The translations under genes and the position numbers were made by a program. Below, piece after piece: positions 13,570 through 15,531 of a DNA stretch of 15,531 nucleotides (position 1 is the first letter of the stretch; every line of letters begins with the position of its first letter). A model generated the notes under the pieces. That model did not search any database, had not been told where the DNA came from, and saw only the letters and a program-made list of their open reading frames with translations. Source of the stretch: a virus. Location of the stretch: the UHGV virus genome UHGV-1641076, one strand, 5' to 3'.

Positions 13570-13822
13570 CGTAACGGCCCGGATCGCCGGAAAGGACCCG
13601 CAAAAATGATAATGGTTATCATTTTCAATGTAGTCCAGTTTCTTCCACCATCGCACCGGACAGGCGACTATGAGGGGACAACGCCGCGCTCCGTTAACGC
13701 GGTAAACCCCGGTGTGTATCGTTTTTGATTATCCCCGCACACTCGCGCAGAGGAGTCTCCCTGTCGGGCTGCGGTCTCTGTTAATGAGGGAATACAGCGA
13801 CGATACGGCGCATCAACAAAAC

Positions 13823-14296
13823 TTATTTCAGGCACTGAGTGCGGATATAGTCCTGTGCCCCTTCCAGTTGCTTGTGCATCGTCATCAGCCGCTCTCTGAG
13901 GGTGAAATAATCCCGTGTAACGGTGTCTGCCAGTTGGGGGCCGGTTGCATTATCCACGCCGGAGGTGGTGGGGGCTTCACGCACGGAGCCTGGACAGGTG
14001 GCGTTGATCCGCAGGCGCTTACGACCAGCGGCAACATCAGCGCGCAGAGTTTCATTTTCAGCTCTCGCATCGGATAATTCCCTCGAGTATTTTGCATCGA
14101 GCGCAGCAACATCGCGCTGGCGCACCTGCATATCAGTAATGGTTGCGTTCGCCAGCTTCAGTTCACTGGCTTTGTTATCGCGCTGCGCTTTGTAGGTAAT
14201 CGCGTTATCACGGTAATGGTCTGTTGCCATCCACAGCGCACCACAGGCCACCAGCAGAATAACGATAAACGCGGAAAGCATTCGGTTTATGTTCAC
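13823..14296 (-). CDS. Rz: Rz i-spanin (inner-membrane spanin subunit); start is either the GTG at 14296 (157 aa) or the ATG at 14281 (152 aa)
   Basis: N-terminal TMD ([16 protein letters not shown]) followed by ...[16 protein letters not shown]...[24 protein letters not shown]..., clearly similar to lambda Rz. The GTG at 14296 overlaps the stop of the upstream small ORF (GTGA), suggesting translational coupling. Confidence 0.88.
   Translation of the reverse strand: MNINRMLSAFIVILLVACGALWMATDHYRDNAITYKAQRDNKASELKLANATITDMQVRQRDVAALDAKYSRELSDARAENETLRADVAAGRKRLRINATCPGSVREAPTTSGVDNATGPQLADTVTRDYFTLRERLMTMHKQLEGAQDYIRTQCLK
13885..14070 (-). CDS. Rz1: Rz1 o-spanin (outer-membrane lipoprotein), embedded in the +1 frame of Rz (about 61 aa)
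   Basis: Embedded [64 protein letters not shown]. It has a lipobox (LVVSAC, or VSAC) and a proline-rich stretch, and resembles lambda Rz1. The start is assigned to the internal ATG at 14070. Confidence 0.85.
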   Translation of the reverse strand: MRELKMKLCALMLPLVVSACGSTPPVQAPCVKPPPPPAWIMQPAPNWQTPLHGIISPSESG

Positions 14297-14424
14297 CCCA
14301 GCAACCCCGACGAAGACAACATCATCCAGGCCATGGAAAGAAAAAGAGCAACCAGCATTAGTGAAAATGAAATGCCGACAATTACACAGAGGATCTTCGC
14401 CAGCGTTATGAGTTTGTCTGACAT
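14293..14424 (-). CDS. Small hydrophobic protein (43 aa, one predicted TMD), function unknown
   Basis: ATG at 14424 preceded by a strong Shine-Dalgarno (AAGGGAGGA, 6-nt spacer). Product [43 protein letters not shown]: a short positively charged N-terminus, then about 25 hydrophobic residues. The stop overlaps the Rz GTG start. Confidence 0.6.
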   Translation of the reverse strand: MSDKLITLAKILCVIVGISFSLMLVALFLSMAWMMLSSSGLLG

Positions 14425-14438
14425 GCTTAATCCTCCCT

Positions 14439-14621
14439 TCACGATTTCAACGCAATGACCAGTTTTGCCAGCCCATACAGCATCGGGGACACAGCAACAC
14501 CGACCGCCACCCACTTAATGGCAAAAGCCAGTGCTCTGCTGATGTCATCAGTTACAGGCGCTTTCAGTTCAAGGCCATTTTTCATAGTCAACCTCAACAG
14601 AATTCGTTTATACTTCGCCAT
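14439..14621 (-). CDS. Small membrane protein (60 aa from the ATG at 14621, or 48 aa from the ATG at 14585), function unknown
   Basis: Product [60 protein letters not shown]. The second ATG has a GAGG 6 nt upstream. There is one Gly/Ala-rich hydrophobic segment. Its stop codon TGA lies inside the Shine-Dalgarno of the next small gene. The track's upstream start at 14654 is a GTG inside the terminator hairpin and is unlikely. Confidence 0.55.
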   Translation of the reverse strand: MAKYKRILLRLTMKNGLELKAPVTDDISRALAFAIKWVAVGVAVSPMLYGLAKLVIALKS

Positions 14622-14654
14622 GTTCTCCCTTGCCTTACTCAAGGTCAGAAACAC

Positions 14655-14697
14655 AAAACCCCGCTTGGTGCCAACAAACGGGGTTTTTACTTTTATT
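14655..14697. terminator. Intrinsic-terminator-like hairpin, potentially bidirectional, between the endolysin gene and the small ORFs
   Basis: Stem AAAACCCCG (14655..14663) paired with CGGGGTTTT (14679..14687), with a loop containing the palindrome TTGGTGCCAA. On the plus strand it is followed by TTTTTACTTTTATT; on the minus strand by UUUUGUGUUU. Confidence 0.6.
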
Positions 14698-14777
14698 CAC
14701 TTACGTTTCGCCAGTTCGCAGGATTTCGTGTTATCCGCCCGCGTGGCCATACCTTATTTTTCAGCAAAATATTCTGC

Positions 14778-15311
14778 TTATCTGTCGATTCCCCAGCACG
14801 CCAGCGCGCTCTCCTGGTCACGACGGGATACCTGACCATAACAGTTATTTGAGCGGATACGGCAGTCTCTGCCACCGTCCTTAATCCACCAGCGAATCGC
14901 CTCACACGCTCCCCTGCGGTCACCAGCATTCAGCCGCTTATAAAACGTCGACGGGAAACACTTACCGGGGCCAATGTTATAGGGACAGAATGACGCTATA
15001 CCCGCTTTCTGTGGTTCGGTCAGTGGAACTTTAATATTGCGCTCCACCCATGCCAGCGCCTTATCCCGTTCAATGGCATTAACCTGGTCGCATTTTTCCT
15101 TCGACAGTTTCATGCCCGGAATAACAGGTTTACCATCCACCATTGTGGCACCGCGGCAGATGGTCCAGATACCCGCACCATCACGGTATGCCGTTGTGTG
15201 GTTACCTTCTTTTTCATCCAGAAACTGGTCGAGAATATCAGGCGCAGGCGCACCGATGGCAATCAACGCCAGAACGGCAGCCGACAGGCCATATTTGATT
15301 TTGGTGTTCAT
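14778..15311 (-). CDS. R: SAR endolysin, T4-lysozyme-like (GH24) muramidase, 177 aa
   Basis: The N-terminus MNTKIKYGLSAAVLALIAIGAPAP is a weakly hydrophobic Gly/Ala-rich signal-anchor-release type segment. It is followed by EGNHTTAYRDGAGIWT, i.e. the E-x8-D-x5-T catalytic triad spacing of T4 lysozyme. The gene sits upstream of Rz/Rz1. Confidence 0.85.
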   Translation of the reverse strand: MNTKIKYGLSAAVLALIAIGAPAPDILDQFLDEKEGNHTTAYRDGAGIWTICRGATMVDGKPVIPGMKLSKEKCDQVNAIERDKALAWVERNIKVPLTEPQKAGIASFCPYNIGPGKCFPSTFYKRLNAGDRRGACEAIRWWIKDGGRDCRIRSNNCYGQVSRRDQESALACWGIDR

Positions 15312-15367
15312 GGATATTTATCAGGATTTATCGGTTCCGAATCCCTGGATATGTTAAATCTTCAGCC

Positions 15368-15394
15368 CGCCAGCGGTAGGACACTGGCGTTTTT
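15368..15394 (+). terminator. Plus-strand-oriented terminator-like hairpin in the non-coding stretch between the endolysin and IS1
   Basis: Stem CGCCAG (15368..15373) paired with CTGGCG (15384..15389), a 10-nt loop, then TTTTT (15390..15394). On the minus strand it is preceded by an A-tract instead, so it is oriented for plus-strand transcripts. Confidence 0.4.
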
Positions 15395-15476
15395 CCTGAT
15401 GGCTGAAATATATCTGACAATTTCAGTAGAGGATTAACCATGCATAACGATCAACATAATTATGATTTATGCCTGC

Positions 15477-15531
15477 GGTGATGCTGCCAACTTACTGATT
15501 TAGTGTATGATGGTGTTTTTGAGGTGCTCCA
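15477..15531 (+). mobile_element. IS1 insertion sequence, left terminal inverted repeat and first about 55 bp; the element continues beyond the window
   Basis: GGTGATGCTGCCAACTTACTGATTTAGTGTATGATGGTGTTTTTGAGGTGCTCCA matches my recall of the IS1 left end (terminal IR GGTGATGCTGCCAACTTACTGAT, followed by the lead-in to insA). insA would start just past the window edge on the plus strand. Confidence 0.85.

Noticed and set aside
13606-13734. Short plus-strand ORF (about 42 codons) starting in the ATGATAATGG palindrome between Rz and cos
   Set aside because: No Shine-Dalgarno, it begins inside an inverted repeat, and nothing about it looks protein-like. More likely non-coding cos-flanking sequence.
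14293-14514. Long form of the 73-aa ORF ([30 protein letters not shown]...), possibly a disrupted larger gene
   Set aside because: The N-terminal 30 codons overlap the upstream small gene out of frame and have no start signal. The internal ATG at 14424 has a near-consensus Shine-Dalgarno, so the 43-aa form is preferred. Reading through the upstream stop hits a second stop immediately, so the two are not a simple split gene.
14439-14654. Track start of the 71-aa ORF at 14654 (MFLTLSK...)
   Set aside because: That start is a GTG lying inside the terminator hairpin with no Shine-Dalgarno. The internal ATGs at 14621 and 14585 are more plausible, so the gene is called as 48-60 aa.
14216-14835. 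Plus-strand ORFs 14216..14458 (80 aa) and 14455..14835 (126 aa), antisense to the small membrane genes and the endolysin 3' end
   Set aside because: No ribosome-binding sites, and the second reads straight through the terminator hairpin. The minus-strand small ORFs have much better translation signals and hydrophobic-segment structure. A non-coding antisense RNA cannot be excluded.
15037-15437. Plus-strand ORFs 15037..15357 and 15198..15437 overlapping the endolysin 5' region
   Set aside because: Antisense to the endolysin, which has a clear catalytic motif, and with no start signals. Considered artefacts.
15460-15531. Minus-strand open frame entering from the window edge (...SYTKSVSWQHHRRHKS, stop at 15460), considered as a holin C-terminus
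   Set aside because: Most of this frame lies inside the IS1 terminal sequence, so it is a chance open frame across the IS1 end, not a phage gene.

Overview
This window is the cos-spanning junction of a lambda-like (lambdoid) prophage or circularised phage genome, with almost every real gene on the minus strand. Reading the minus strand from high to low coordinate: a partial IS1 end at the window edge, a short non-coding stretch, a T4-lysozyme-like SAR endolysin, a hairpin terminator, two tiny translationally coupled membrane-protein genes, the Rz/Rz1 spanins, the cos site, and then a head and tail gene block (Nu1, A, W, B, C/Nu3, D, E, FI, FII, Z, U, V, G/G-T, H, M, partial L) whose order, gene lengths and overlaps match phage lambda. 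Identifications rest on my recall of lambda protein and cos sequences and of the IS1 terminal sequence, not on any database search. The lysis side is not lambda-like and is the accessory part: no holin is visible next to the endolysin, two uncharacterised small single-TMD genes sit between endolysin and spanin, and IS1 has inserted about 165 bp upstream of the endolysin. The small-gene pair is the best candidate for an undescribed lysis-control or moron module. Plus-strand ORFs in the track are treated as antisense artefacts.
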